Positions 12,201 through 25,134 of a stretch of DNA of 64,000 nt are shown here, in pieces (within the stretch, counting starts at the first letter, position 1; each line of letters opens with the position of its first letter). Under the pieces are notes generated by a model. That model saw only the letters and a program-made list of their open reading frames with translations. It did no database searches and was not told where the DNA came from. Source of the stretch: Flectonema sp. DT1601 (taxonomy: Eukaryota); contig OZ025792.1 of assembly GCA_964019425.1 (NCBI GenBank), positions 1,302,001 to 1,366,000 on the forward strand, written 5' to 3'. Both the position numbers and the translations under genes were made by a program.

Positions 12201-15200
12201 AGGCCGCTGTCTCCAAAGTTTCCAGTCATAGGCATAGTTGGGTCTCCTAAAGTAGATGAAGTATCAAGAGGCCACACAGGTGGTGGAGCAACACTACCAG
12301 GTGGTGAGTGCGATGGAGGACCAGCCGGTGGTAGTAGCGGCATTTCTGAAGCCAACGAGTCAGACTGATCTCCACCTGAATTTAGAGACAGTTGTTGCAT
12401 TGGCATATCAATAACATCAATTGGTATGTCATCATCACCAGCAACTGGTGGTGGTGGTAAACCCATTGATAAGTGTTCAGGTGATCCTAAACTATCATCC
12501 ATTTCAATCATCTGCATTCCTAAAGGAGGTCCACCAGATGGTGGAGGTGGTAAATTAGTTGGCATCATCATCTCAATCTCTTCACTTGAACTATCATCCA
12601 TACGAGGCATACCATGCTCTTGATACCTGTTGTTTGTTTCTTAGGATATTTTATAACTTTAACTTGATAACATCATAAAGAAGTAATTACACACCTGTTT
12701 GGAAGGGTTCCAAAGTTGACGGGTTCTAAGTCCTCATCATCTTCGTCCCAATCATCGTGACCGCCGGAGCCATCAGGGACACCTGAAAATCCGCCGCCTC
12801 CAAAGAATGTTCTTGGAAGGACTACAGCGTCCATTTCATCACTGTAAGTGTCGCTTTCTCCTTCAGCTCCTCCGAATTGATTTCCAAATTGACCTCCGAA
12901 TTGTAACTTACACTGTCCTTCAAGAGTGTCAGAATCACCATCACCAGTGTACTCGGTCTCGTAGTGGAATTTCCTGCTGTGTCCATCGTCGGTGTCTCCA
13001 CCTGGACCCTTGTGGTGCTTACGAACGAGTTGCTCGTATGCCTTTTCCCATTGCTTGTCTTTCTTTGATTGAACTTTGTTCTTTGTTAAGACATCGACCT
13101 GTTTCTTTAAACGTTCGATCTTGTCTCCGAATACCCACAAGTAGTACTGTTTTAAGTCAGCCCAGAGACCTTCTAATGAGATTGCAGGGTTGAAGACACA
13201 AGGAGTTACGATAAGTGAAATACCAACACCCCAATGCCAGAATGTTCTCCACAAAGATGCTTCAGGTGTTTTTGTTTCAATATCCATGTAAAGCCAGACA
13301 ATCATAAATAAAAGCATTCCAGGCATGAAGTGAGTTGATCCATAGTATCTAAACATATGTCTGAATGATCTTCTGAACAGAGGATCTGTTCTACCAGTCG
13401 CAATGTAAGCAGCGGATCCGTTCAAAGAACTCTGCATGAAATATGAGAATCTTGTCATAATTACAAACAAGAAGTACAACGTTGCAGGAAGCACATCCCA
13501 AATAAAAGCAATAACACCAGTGAAACCATAGTCAAGAGTAAGTTGCAAAAACAAAGGAACAGTTTCAATCAAGGACATTTGAACCATCCATTCAGCTCCA
13601 TACGGTGATCCTCTACTAGCTAAAGCGTAATCAGTTTTGTAACTATAAGTCAAAGCGATATTAATAAACAACGTGGTGTAGATTAATATAACGATCGTGA
13701 TCAAATAAATGTAAGGACCAACAGATCCATAAAAGATTGAATGTCTTCTTAAAATATCCGATGTTCTCATTAACTCAAATTGATCTCTTGTTCTGTACTG
13801 CATAGAAGCTCCGAATGCAAGCTTCATTTGAAAACCGTTGGCTCCATCAAAGTTAGTTTCACGTCCCTTTCCATCTCTCATGCAGTCAACGTGTTCAACA
13901 GATTCACCTGATCCTGTGACGTGAAAACCGGCGAAAATATCTTCGTTAAGATTGATAAGAGGGTTCGACTTAGACATACCACCTTGCGTTGCACACCATG
14001 AGAAGTCAAAAAAATCGGGGTGACCGTAATGCATTCTCACTCGTAGTGGTCTAGCTAACACCTTTTGAAACAAGTTAACGAAGATATATTCAGAGTAACC
14101 AGCAATACGTCCAATGATACCTGAACGAACAGTAATAGAGTATTCAGGGAAACCAACAATCTTGTAACGCGACCATTTCCTGTCGGAGGTTGGGAAGAAT
14201 TTGCCCAAAACTGATCGGAGTTTCAAAGCCTCATCAAAGTATCCATCCTGGTTAGCATCAATTGCTTGAATCAGTTGATTCTTTGCGAACATTAAACTGT
14301 GAGCCTGATTGCAAGCCTTACCTTGCATGAGACCGTTGAGTCCAAACTTTGCTTTCTTTTCAAGACGAAGAGGGTTACGTCTGGCGTAGGCAGATGAGAC
14401 AAACCAATCACCGTGTACTAGTCGATCATCATCTTCTGTTTCACTGTCGTCAGCTGGTACCCAACAAGCAAGACACGATAAGTATTTTGTGCAATCCCAC
14501 AATCCAGATACGTGATCGTGAACCTTGCGAACTACATCAGGACTGTTTCTGTAGTTGAGAGTATCGACAACAAAGGTTACTTCAACTTTAGGATACTTGT
14601 CCCATAAATACATTAATCCGTCTTTATTCTTACTGTACCACTTGTTGTTTGCAAGATTCTGAAGACACAATAAGATTTGAAACTTATCATCCGTTAAGAA
14701 CATCATCTTATCTAATCTCGTCTTCTCAGTACGAGTGTACTCCTGTTCAAGTTGTAAGAGGAATTGGAATGCCTCTCGTTTCTTTTCCATTCCTCGGACA
14801 GTACGAGCAACTGTTTGCATGTGGAGTGAAGCCCACCACTGGATTGATACAGTCTCGTAGTCGCTGAACAAATGAGGTAAGGTGTGGATTTTATCAGAAA
14901 TAAGATCAGCAGCAGTGTACCTGAGGAGTTTGTCTCCTCTCATGTCTCGACGCTTCTTCTCATCTGTTTCCTCTTTCATGTCTTTAAGATCCTTAAAGAT
15001 TTGTGAAATCTGTTCATCAGTCAGAATATCTTCAAAGAAACCCTCAAACAGAACACAATGCTCAACAAAGTTAACCCACTCGTCATGGTAGCACTCAATT
15101 AGGAATCTGAGTTGTGTTTTTTCTTGTTGATGGGATCGGATTTTCTCGTTAAACGCACCGTCTTTACCAGCAGCAGGACACATGATATCTTCACCATAGA

Positions 15201-18200
15201 CTGGAATAACAATAGTCACACTAGGGTATGTAGAACATGGACCCAGCTCTTCATTTTCGACACTTTGAATGTACTCAAGGAAGTTACTAAGACGTTCCAT
15301 GGCAAAGACGTTCTTCAACTGAAATTGAACTTCAGAAACGTGAACGTGAATCAACAGGTTCTCATATTCAAAAGCAGACAGCAGCCACTCGTCCCACATT
15401 TCTCTGATCACTTTATTCCACACTTTACGAGCAACAGAAGTATCTCTTGGATCCGTAAACCCAAGAAGCTTTACGTTCAGTGTTCGCAGAATGTAGGCAG
15501 TTTGAATCTTTTTACCAACCATAGAACGTGACTTTCTGGACGTCCATTGGTTGGAGAAGTGAGAAAATGAACCGAAGAGAACGGTCCACACTAAGAAACC
15601 AGCGTTAACAACAACAATAAACATCGCTAATGATGAAATCCAAATTAAAAGGACGGCAACAAAACAACGAGGTTCTTCATTGGCACATTGGAACTTCCTT
15701 GCAAGGAAATCATGAGTGAACTCCGTCACACCACGTTGAGTAATTCCTGAATAGTCGTCATCACAGTCACAGAATGACCAATTAATAACTTCTGTTCTAA
15801 ACATGACCCATGCTTGGAATATCTGAACAGATGCGTATGTCAGCGCCCAGAACAAAACACTTCCCAAGAATTGTGATATAACTCCCTTTTGAGTGAACTT
15901 TTGACCGTTTCGAGGAGCACCACGCAACTTCAACGGATAAGCAATAAGAATCATATTGTTGACTACAATACCAAATATTCTTATTAAGACGTAGATTAAG
16001 ATAATTTCAAGTGGAGCAGCGTTAATGTCTCCGAATAACGTGTTCCTCATTAGACACATAAATGCGATAACTGAGGTGTAGGCTGACCACCTAAGTTTGA
16101 AATAATCACGTCTTGAGATACGACCATGAGTGGGTGCCCAATCTTCAGGTGTCCAGTGGTAGTAACCGCCTTGCATCCATACGTCTAATATCTCACCAAT
16201 AAGAACTAACCAGAAGTCAACCTTTGCTGTAGTTGTTAGAACCCAGGCAAACTCATCAGGTCTGTGGAAGAATACTAATTCTATTCTGTCGAACATTGCA
16301 GATATTCCTTGGTCAACAAGCTTTGCACTACCTCTTGATACGTTGGTTACAAATGCCCAGAATATGAATGAAATGATCTGCGTGTGTACAATAAAATACA
16401 CGTTATGAATGACCGAGAAGATTATACCCCAACGACGAGGTTCGCGAAAGGTTTTTCTGAATGGATAACGTTCGATCTCTACCATGTTGTAACTGTCATC
16501 GTCAAACTTGAGTACATTCGCACCCTCATCTACACCCTTAGTCCCGGTAATGTCAAAGTACTTTGTCATCACACATGATTCTGTGATGTCGTCCATTGTT
16601 ACTGTACGACGTTCAAAATGACGAGGGTCGTTGAGGACAGTTGTTGGAGGGAATTTCATGTGTCTCTGCACGTAGTGAAATACCCAGGCCAGCCAATGGC
16701 CGTTGAACCAGGTCATTTGCTCACCGAGATGCCAAAGTGAAAGGACGACTAATAAATCAATTACCTTATCGTTTGTTGATTCTCCCAGACCACGACGAAC
16801 TCTTCTGTAGGCAGATCCGATAGGAGCATCTTCACCTTCTACACGATGGCTATCAAGTACTTGTGCGACGTCTCTTGTTGGTGATTCTAACGGGTCGATT
16901 ACTAATTCGTATTCTCTGAATTTATGAGTGAATGGAATAACAATCATTTCGTCTTCATCAACGTTGGCGCTCTCATTCCAAACTCGTTCTACTTCTTCAT
17001 TCATATCAGCGCTCATTGGAGGGAAGATTGGATCTTCTTCTGATCCAAATTGTAATTCCCATCGAACATGTTCACAGTCTCCAAGTTCAGCACCTGCTTT
17101 TTCTTGTGCATCATACCAACCCATGTAAGAGTTCATGTAACGAGCGTGAAGTGAGTCTACTGCTGTTGCGAAACCCTTTAAGTGTTCGCCAACATCCTCG
17201 TAGTCACCTGGTTTGGTTTTGTTGGATATGTTTTGTTATTATTATTTTATCCATTAGAAAGTAAATTAAATAAAAACACAATACCTGACTTAATCTGACA
17301 AAGCATCTCATCAAATATTAAACGTTGCAAGTGATCGAGTTGAATAATTACAACTTGCCAACGAGAGAATTCCCAGGAATCTACTTCGACGTCATCGTCG
17401 TCAGAGAATTCGTCTTCTTCGAGATCGCGACTGACATTCATTCCTTCGAATGGTGCTTGATCAAGTACTGTTGCAGTACCTGTAGTGATGATTTCATAAA
17501 TCTCATCAGTGTCTGCCTGAACCCATCTTGGACGGTCTTTTTCATCTTGCAGAACATCAAAGAACTCTTCTGCCTGAATCTCATCTTGACAACAAACAAA
17601 TATCGTCAACAGAATACAAGCAACGGCTACAACAGCTGTTCCTACTCCCAAGAATATCCACATCGATTCTGGAAGTGAAACAAATACACAGCTAACCAAT
17701 TGATCATCAGCTAACAGTTGTCCATTAAAGATCTCAGCCAACGTGAAGTACGCATCTTTATGACGCAAGCAATGTTTAAACCATGTTTGGTATTGAGCAT
17801 TTATTCCCATATACTCAGATGTGAGCATTCCATCATAAAACTCAGCTACACGAACACCACAAACAGAGTGACGAAGTCTAGAAGGGTCAGGACAATCGAA
17901 ATCAGGATCTGAAGCCTCACCTCTCCAATACTGATCAACCCATTCAGTAATAGTAACACCAGAAAGAAGTTGTCTTGGGTGTAATGGCAAAGCTCTGGTG
18001 ATTTGAACTCTTAAATAAGATGCGTGTGCTGGTTCATCTTCTACTTCCTGGACATGATTCCATGAGTCGGATTCATAATTTAAAATAATCGGATGATTTA
18101 AATATGTAATCGTCTCCGTCAGTCTCTCTACGTTTACTTCTAAAGTTGTTAAGATAGCAGCCTCAACTGCGAGATCATATAGTGTTTTATCAACCGCAAG

Positions 18201-21084
18201 TTGTGGTGCTGTGAACTCTGTCAGCGGGATGATAATTGGTCTCCTGAATGGATCCAAGTGATCCCTCAACAGTCGAAGCTTTCTAAGTAATACGTAGTAG
18301 TCGTAGGCGTTTCTATCAATGTTTCGTAATGCGGTGCTATCAATAGACCACATGACAATATTGTCATGAGGAGATAAATACTCCAACATCTGAGTAAAGT
18401 CTTCCTCAGCAAGAAACTTTTCAGTCCTAAACCCGCCTCCAGGTAACACCTGAGCAACGATAACATTTATATCTAATTGTTTGCATTCCATCAAAAACGG
18501 TTCAACAGTAAAGAAATCAGTTGAAATTTTTACAGTATTAAAACCCATCGCTTTAATATTTCTTAAATCTCTTCTCAGAATGGTTGAATACTGAGTCATG
18601 TCGTAGATGTTACTGGTGGAGACCTTATTACCAATCAAGGTTGGTTGATAATCCATTACTTTAAAAAAGTAATTAAAAGAATCGTTGTACCATATCGTCG
18701 ATCCCAAAATACGAATTGGTAGTCTGTAGTCAGCTGCACAAACAGCATTCGGGGACAAGGACTGTAATTCTTCTAAGTCTCCAACACGTGTGTCAAGACC
18801 ATTAAATCTGTATGTGAGATCTTCAGCGATGACTAGTTTTTTGTGAACTTCAAGTGCCTCCATAGGATTAATAAGTGATAAAAGCATTATATCAAAAGGA
18901 GTATCAGTCGGTTTTAAAATTAAATCTTGCTGATTAGGCCATTCTACCTCAGCCAACCATGAGTCTTCACGAGCAACATATCTCGCGACCTCTCTGTCAA
19001 AGTGGGAACTAAAAGCTCTATCAAAAGGTGCAATAGTTGTGAAATTTAAACTGAATTTTGTTTCAGTTGCAGTGAATCCACTTCCGACTACACCAGCAGA
19101 AGCATCGGCTTTGTACTTCGTTGCTTGGTACCAGTAGGTATCAACTCCGAATGATTGCCAAGAGAGTAAAAGCTGACCGGTGATTATCATAAGTGGCTCC
19201 TGAACAAAGTTTTGACCACCCAGAATTGCAACGGCTGCGTAACCCATCATATCTGTTCCTGGTGGTGAAGTTCGTCTTCCAAGTAGTTGAGTGCCAGGTT
19301 GAACACCAGTGTCACCCCAACCTAAGAATGTGTAAAAATCGAAATTTCTAGCAACTGGAAAAAATTCATCTTCCTCGGATAAATTTGCTATATCTCTTAT
19401 TAAAAACCTCGCTAGTCTAGCCAAGTTATTAGCAAGACGAACTCTGCTAGTTTCTGCTTCATTTGCGAGAAGCTTTGGCCACATTCTCGCCAATCCCATC
19501 AGAATTTCAGAATAGTGTTCTCCGTGACCAATACCCCAACAGGTCTCGTGAGTACCACCAGTTGAATATGTAGTACAGACAGTACCCCAGTTAGATTCAT
19601 AAAATAAAACACCGTTAAGAAGTTCATTCACCCAAGTTCTCGCGTATGTTATTAAGTTAGAGTACTGACTGCTAGCTGCTAGGTTTGATGCTGTCTCTAA
19701 CATTAAAGAAATGTGATAGACTTGTAATCCATATTCATACTTGAAGTCATCACCAGTAAGGATCGTAGCATTACCAAGTCTAGCCATATCATCTAATAAA
19801 GCATTAAACTGTTGTACTTGAGTACACAATTGTCTTCTTTCTCTTGTGAGTGCGGTAGTGTTTGGTGCTATTGCTGGAACGTTGAAGATCCATTGTCTAC
19901 CTACAGCAGCTTGAAGCTCACCAAGCAATGAGTCATACTTTAAGTTATAAGTTAAAAACACATTCGATAAATCAGCAATTCTATGATGAGGAAGAGACAT
20001 CATGATAGGATTACAAGTCGGGGGTTCGGTTCTCCAGGTAAAAATGGTTTCAATTTTCTGGTCTGGTTGTAATTCCGGGTTCAAAGGATCAGGGACGGTG
20101 TGATTATGAGAAACAGCACCACCAATAACAATACAACTAGCTCTACTTTGAAGGGTATCAAAGTACTCATGAGCAAGATTACCTGCAGTACTTTGATGAT
20201 TACGTACCTCAACTGGAACATGCGACACTCGTATCGCTCCATTAACATTTTCCTGAATTGTTACTCTACCGTCTGAAAAAACCTCAATTGTTAAAACAGA
20301 CGGCAACGATATCAACCATCTATCACCAGCCTTGTCTGTGAGATCAATATACTCTCCGACGAAAGGAAGAGATCCACCATCCGGAATATCAATACGAGAT
20401 AGCTTAGCAACCCCAGCTGATATAAAGACTGACATCAATCGATTATTCGCTACAACAGTAGAATAAGGATGTCCCCTAGCTAACAAGATCGATCCCAAAG
20501 CATCACGCTCCGTGCGAGTGTTGTCATTCACAGTAAGATTCACTCCAAACCTATCGTGATCTGCAACATGAGGAAAGCATCCAACGGTGTCTCTAAACGA
20601 GACTTGCACTCCGATTTTAAATACTTCGTATGTGTGAGATGGGTCGCTTGCGTTTACCTGTTATGTTTGTTGTTTTATCGAATTCATTCTTGATTCTTTA
20701 TTCTTTTTACCAACACAGTAAGAAATAGATTTCATAAATACATACCACAGGTGCCATCTTTGATACTTCCAGAGAGCAGGTGTGCCAAGCTGCGCGCACC
20801 ATCAAAGGATATTGTGAAACGACAGCTGTCGTTAAATTGTGTAAGACCATATCCATCCACCAAGCATTGGTAGGCGGGGCTCTTCCAGATCTTACTTGAG
20901 ACGTACGAGACTTAAACATTGTAATTGGGTATCCAGTCAGGTTAGAAAACGCATCTATCGCGTTTGCTTCTAATCCGAGAGGCTGGATGTCATCACCGAA
21001 TAACGGAGCTACTATAACCTGATCAGGTCTATCAACTACTTGACCATAGCTAATTGCTACAAATGCCAACACCAGTAACCACAT
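9246..21084 (-). CDS. Giant beta-1,3-glucan (paramylon/callose-type) synthase, GT48, fused to N-terminal GH81-like and clan GH-A TIM-barrel-like domains; 8 exons, 3759 aa
   Basis: Exons 21084-20746, 20657-17285, 17207-12695, 12626-12107, 12007-10910, 10834-10691, 10609-10497 and 10425-9246 total 11280 nt. All introns are GT-AG and preserve frame. Signal peptide MWLLVLAFVAISYG. GT48 motifs QGKACNQAH, IQAIDANQDGYFDEALKLRSVL, RMHYGHPDFFD, GGMSKS..INLNEDIFAG and GKGRE. GH81-like motifs PPTNAWW, LPHH and LIRDIAN....FFPVARNFDFY. Confidence 0.9.
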
Positions 21085-22345
21085 TGCAGACTCCAAACCA
21101 GGTCGAGGCGTTGCCTGACCTGGAAATGCAATAAATAAACGACTGGTGTGATCCTGTGAGGAGTAAGTAAATATAAACACCAATAGAATGATGGACTCTA
21201 ATTAAAAATACTACATTCATTTGACATAACTGCGTGCATATGTTCCATTTCTGCGAAATTAAAGTGTGTTTTTATTTATTGTGCATTGTGAAAATCCTTA
21301 TGTGGGCTTATTTATTCATCAGCTATTTTTTTTTTTTAAAAAGTTTTTTTTTTTTTTTTTTTTTTTCCTTTCATTTTTTATTTGTGGTCCCCCCACTGAC
21401 ACCACCCCTTTTGAATGCTTTTTCCTTTTTTTTTTTTTTTTTTTGTGATATTTTGTTTTGTTTCATTTCGTTCAGACTTCTGGGATGCATTACGTTCCTT
21501 TCTTTTGAAAAAAAATGATATGGGGTATCCCTTCCGCATTCGGGTGGGGAAGGGGGGAGGGTGGGGGGAATCACAACAAGTCTCAGCATTTAGTTGTCAA
21601 GGTATACAGCTGAATTGATCTAGGAAACAACAAACAGTTGAAAAATAAAAATAAGGGGTGGGGTATCTTAATAATGATAAAACAATAAGGAGAAGTCGCT
21701 GCTAGTTGTTACTTCATTTTAGTAGCTATATTCTCCATAAATATGATAAGCAATCCCAGAAACCGAAGAAATGATGTAAGGAAGCCTTTTTTTTTTTTTT
21801 TTTTTTTGTGGTTTTCTTTCTAAATTTTGCTTTTTCAAATTTTTTTTTTCCGTAATAAAATAGGGTGGGGAAGGGGGAGGGGTCGTAAAACATTTGAGAA
21901 ATTCTTGTTTTGCCAAACAAATTTAAGTCGGCACTGATGTAAGGTAAAAAACACTATGAAATACGTGATATTTTAGCTAAAAGGCAACAGGTACGTTATT
22001 TCGCTTTTAAGGTATCACTGAAAGGAATTTTCAAAAAAAAAAAAAAAAAAATGAAAGAGGGCGATTGAGGGGCGGGAGAAGAGAAAAAGAAAATAGAAAA
22101 AAAAATAATGAATAGAAAGGGAGGGAACTTTTGATCACCAATCGCTTTATGCATTCAAGAATGAGGGGAAAAATCGAATCCTGCTTTTGAAAAAATAAGT
22201 AGAACTTGCACTTATTTCTTTTCCCCTTCTTTCTTAATTTTTTTTTTTTTTTGGCACAAAAAGGGAATGTAACAAGAGCACACTGCACTCCCTGTACAAA
22301 CACTTCAAAATGTATTCTTGTGGGCAGATGGAAAAGGCAGTAGGC

Positions 22346-24064
22346 TTATTTCTTCTCCTTTTTGGCCTTCTTCTCCTTCTTTTCCTTCTTCTCCTTCTTC
22401 TTCTTCTTGTCAGGCTTTGGGTCGGCTTCTTCGTCCTGTTTGATAGTTGAGTTGTTTCGTAATATTAGAACGTTGTCATTAAAACATTAATGAGGTAATT
22501 AATTATCTAAGCAATTTGAAACTGGACCAGTAGTTAATTGAAATATAAATAAAAACATACACGGCCTCTCTTCTGCTTTTCCTTCTCACCAGCGCCAGAC
22601 TTCTTCAGCTCAGACTTGAATGACTTAAGAGCGTCTTCCATTGCCTTGACGTTGGTCATTGGTTGATGCTTTCTCTCCTCGTAGTAGTTAAGTCTGTCAT
22701 CAACTTGGTCCTTCAACTTTTCACCAAATACTCTGGTTGGAGTCTCTCCAAACATATCGATTCTGCAGGCAATGGATGCCTTGTTGGCCAAGTATCTTGA
22801 AATACGTCCCTTGTTCTTTCCCTTAGCACGTCCGATGAACGAAGTGTTGTAGATAATTCCGTACTTTGGGGTGTTTCCACGCTGCTTCAGGGCTCTGAAT
22901 TGTTATTAATTTGACAGAAAATGTTTTTTTCTAAAGAAAGAAATTCATAAACTAAACGAGAGACTACATACCTGAAGAGCGCCTTCTCAGCTCCCAAAAT
23001 CTGAACAGTTGAGGCAGGGTACTTGGCCAAGTTGATGAGGGAACCAGCGTGTGCGATAAGTCTGTATTGTAGTAATTGGTGTTGCCATATTTTGGATAAA
23101 AAGCAAATGGAAAACCCAAACAAAGAATAAAAACATACTTAGCGGCAATAGTGTCTCCCATCAAAGATCCCAAGTTGGGTGAGACAGCAGCGACCTTGTT
23201 CTTGAGGTACTCGGAAGAGATGCTACGGAGCTCCATCAGATTCTTCAAACGAAGAGCGAAGGACTCCAAGTGAACCATGTCAACTTCAGACATGGCACCT
23301 CCCATTGAGACCTTTGACATGGCAAGTACTTGAGCTGCCAAGTCGTCGTCATTTACAATTTCAACAATCTTTGGAAGGATGTCATCGGAAATGTTTTCCT
23401 TGTGACGGAGCAAGTGAACCAACCTACAGAACTGTTCAGCGTCAACAACCATCTTTGTAAGTTCTGGGAAATGCCATCCGTACCATTCCTTGAGTCTCAT
23501 GTTGAAAGTGTTGATATCCTTATCAAGCTTTTCAGTGATAGCAATAGCCTGGATAATCATATTATCAGCTCTGTTAACATTGAACTTAACCTTACATCTA
23601 CTGTAAGAGTGAGCAAGACCAAGGTAAGCTCTTTCTAAGTCTCCCTCTTTCAATCTAGGGACCAACTTCTCAACGTGAAGACGGCACATTCTCTGCATCT
23701 CGTAAATGTGTTCGTTGGCAACACATGGAATTCCAAGGTTGGATTTAATAGCTGAACCCATAGTGCTTTCTATAACTCCGAGTTCGAACTTGTCCTTCTT
23801 GGATGGGAGGGTGTCCTGAAGGAAGGCAGCCAAGAATTGGGTTACCTGACCTTCCGAAAGGGCGTTGATGTTCTCAAGAGCAGCTTCTGAGTCACGGAAA
23901 GGTGCAAAACTGACATAGCTGACGACCTTCTTGAATCGGCCGATGTCCTGCCAAGACTTCTGTATCTCCAAGTCCTCGGCACCAATCTCCTCTCCTTCTT
24001 CCTTCTTGAAGAGAGCGTAACCCGCTGAAGTCTCGTGGAGTAAGTATAATTTCTTACCTCCCAT
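22346..24064 (-). CDS. NOP56: Box C/D snoRNP protein Nop56; 4 exons, 479 aa
   Basis: Motifs [68 protein letters not shown] and NTPKYG, plus a KKE-repeat tail. Introns 23138-23062, 22971-22895 and 22560-22436 restore the frame. The NRxDNMIIQ motif favours Nop56 over Nop58. Confidence 0.95.
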
Positions 24065-24400
24065 TTTGAATGTAGGTGTTCACCTGTTGTAATAATAATT
24101 TATTATTCTTTTCCCTTTCAACAATACATCTATCTTACGTGTCCCGCGGGACCAGACTGCCAATGTGATTAAATAAATCCGACAACTAAAGTAATGTAAA
24201 GCTACACCTCTAGTTATTTTCATTGTCACTATTCCTGGGGTGACAAAGTCAACGATGTGTTGACAAAGTTCCAAAGACAGAACTAATCAATCAACAAAAT
24301 TAAACAATTGAAACTGCCTTGTCACCATCTTACCTACATCGTCATTACTATAAGTGACAGTAAGCACCTGAAAGTAACGAATATCACAACACGGATATCG

Positions 24401-25134
24401 CTATGCCTTTGCGCTGTAGTACGTTTCTGCTGGCTTGCAGATATTTTCAATCTCTTCCGGTGTGCGTACTCTGTTCATTTCCTCAGTTGTCGGATCGACA
24501 TATGACTCAGGGTGAACATGCTGTTGATATTGTTGTTGTTAATCAGATGTAATAAGAAGCTGAATTAAAAATAATAATAAAAAGACATACCTCCTGAGCT
24601 CTTGGGACATCAGCGAATGCTCTAAATGTGGAGTCGTACTTGTCTTCACTCTTCTCGTCGAGAAGTTGTTCAACAAAAGGAGATCGGCGATCGTAGAAAT
24701 GTCTTCGCTGTTTTGCTTCCCAAATAAATCTACGCAACACTAGTGGGGTTGGTTCGTAACAATCTTTTTCACTTTGCTGAAATTCTTTAGTCATGTGTTT
24801 ACGAGCCATTTCATCGATTTCCATTCTTTCCATGTAAGTTTCTTCAGCATTATCTATCAGTTTCTGCTGATGAAGAAGTAGTTTCTTCGGAGTGTTCAAT
24901 CCAAGGTATGCCATAAATCTGTTACCATGGGGACCAGTAGAGATTTTACCGTTTACACCAATTCTGTTCCGACTGTTGGTTTATTGAAAATTATAACTTT
25001 TATTCAACAAGAAGAATAAAAAAAAAGAAAACAGGGGTACAATAGTTAACATACGTATTTCTGTGAGGAATGAAGTTATTCACAACCCTTCTTCGCTTCA
25101 AGTTATTTAAGTTTGGTGTTGTGTGCTTAAACAT
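24401..25134 (-). CDS. Hypothetical protein, probably mitochondrial (weak resemblance to mitoribosomal bS21m); 3 exons, 193 aa
   Basis: Exons 25134-25055, 24972-24591 and 24520-24401 are joined by GTATGT...CAG introns. The N-terminus is basic and free of acidic residues (MFKHTTPNLNNLKRRRVV). YEPTPLVLRR only loosely resembles the bS21 YEKP..RRR motif. Confidence 0.6.

Noticed and set aside
22436..23138. Intron-encoded snoRNAs in NOP56
   Set aside because: The introns are 77-125 nt and AT-rich with no convincing paired C/D boxes.
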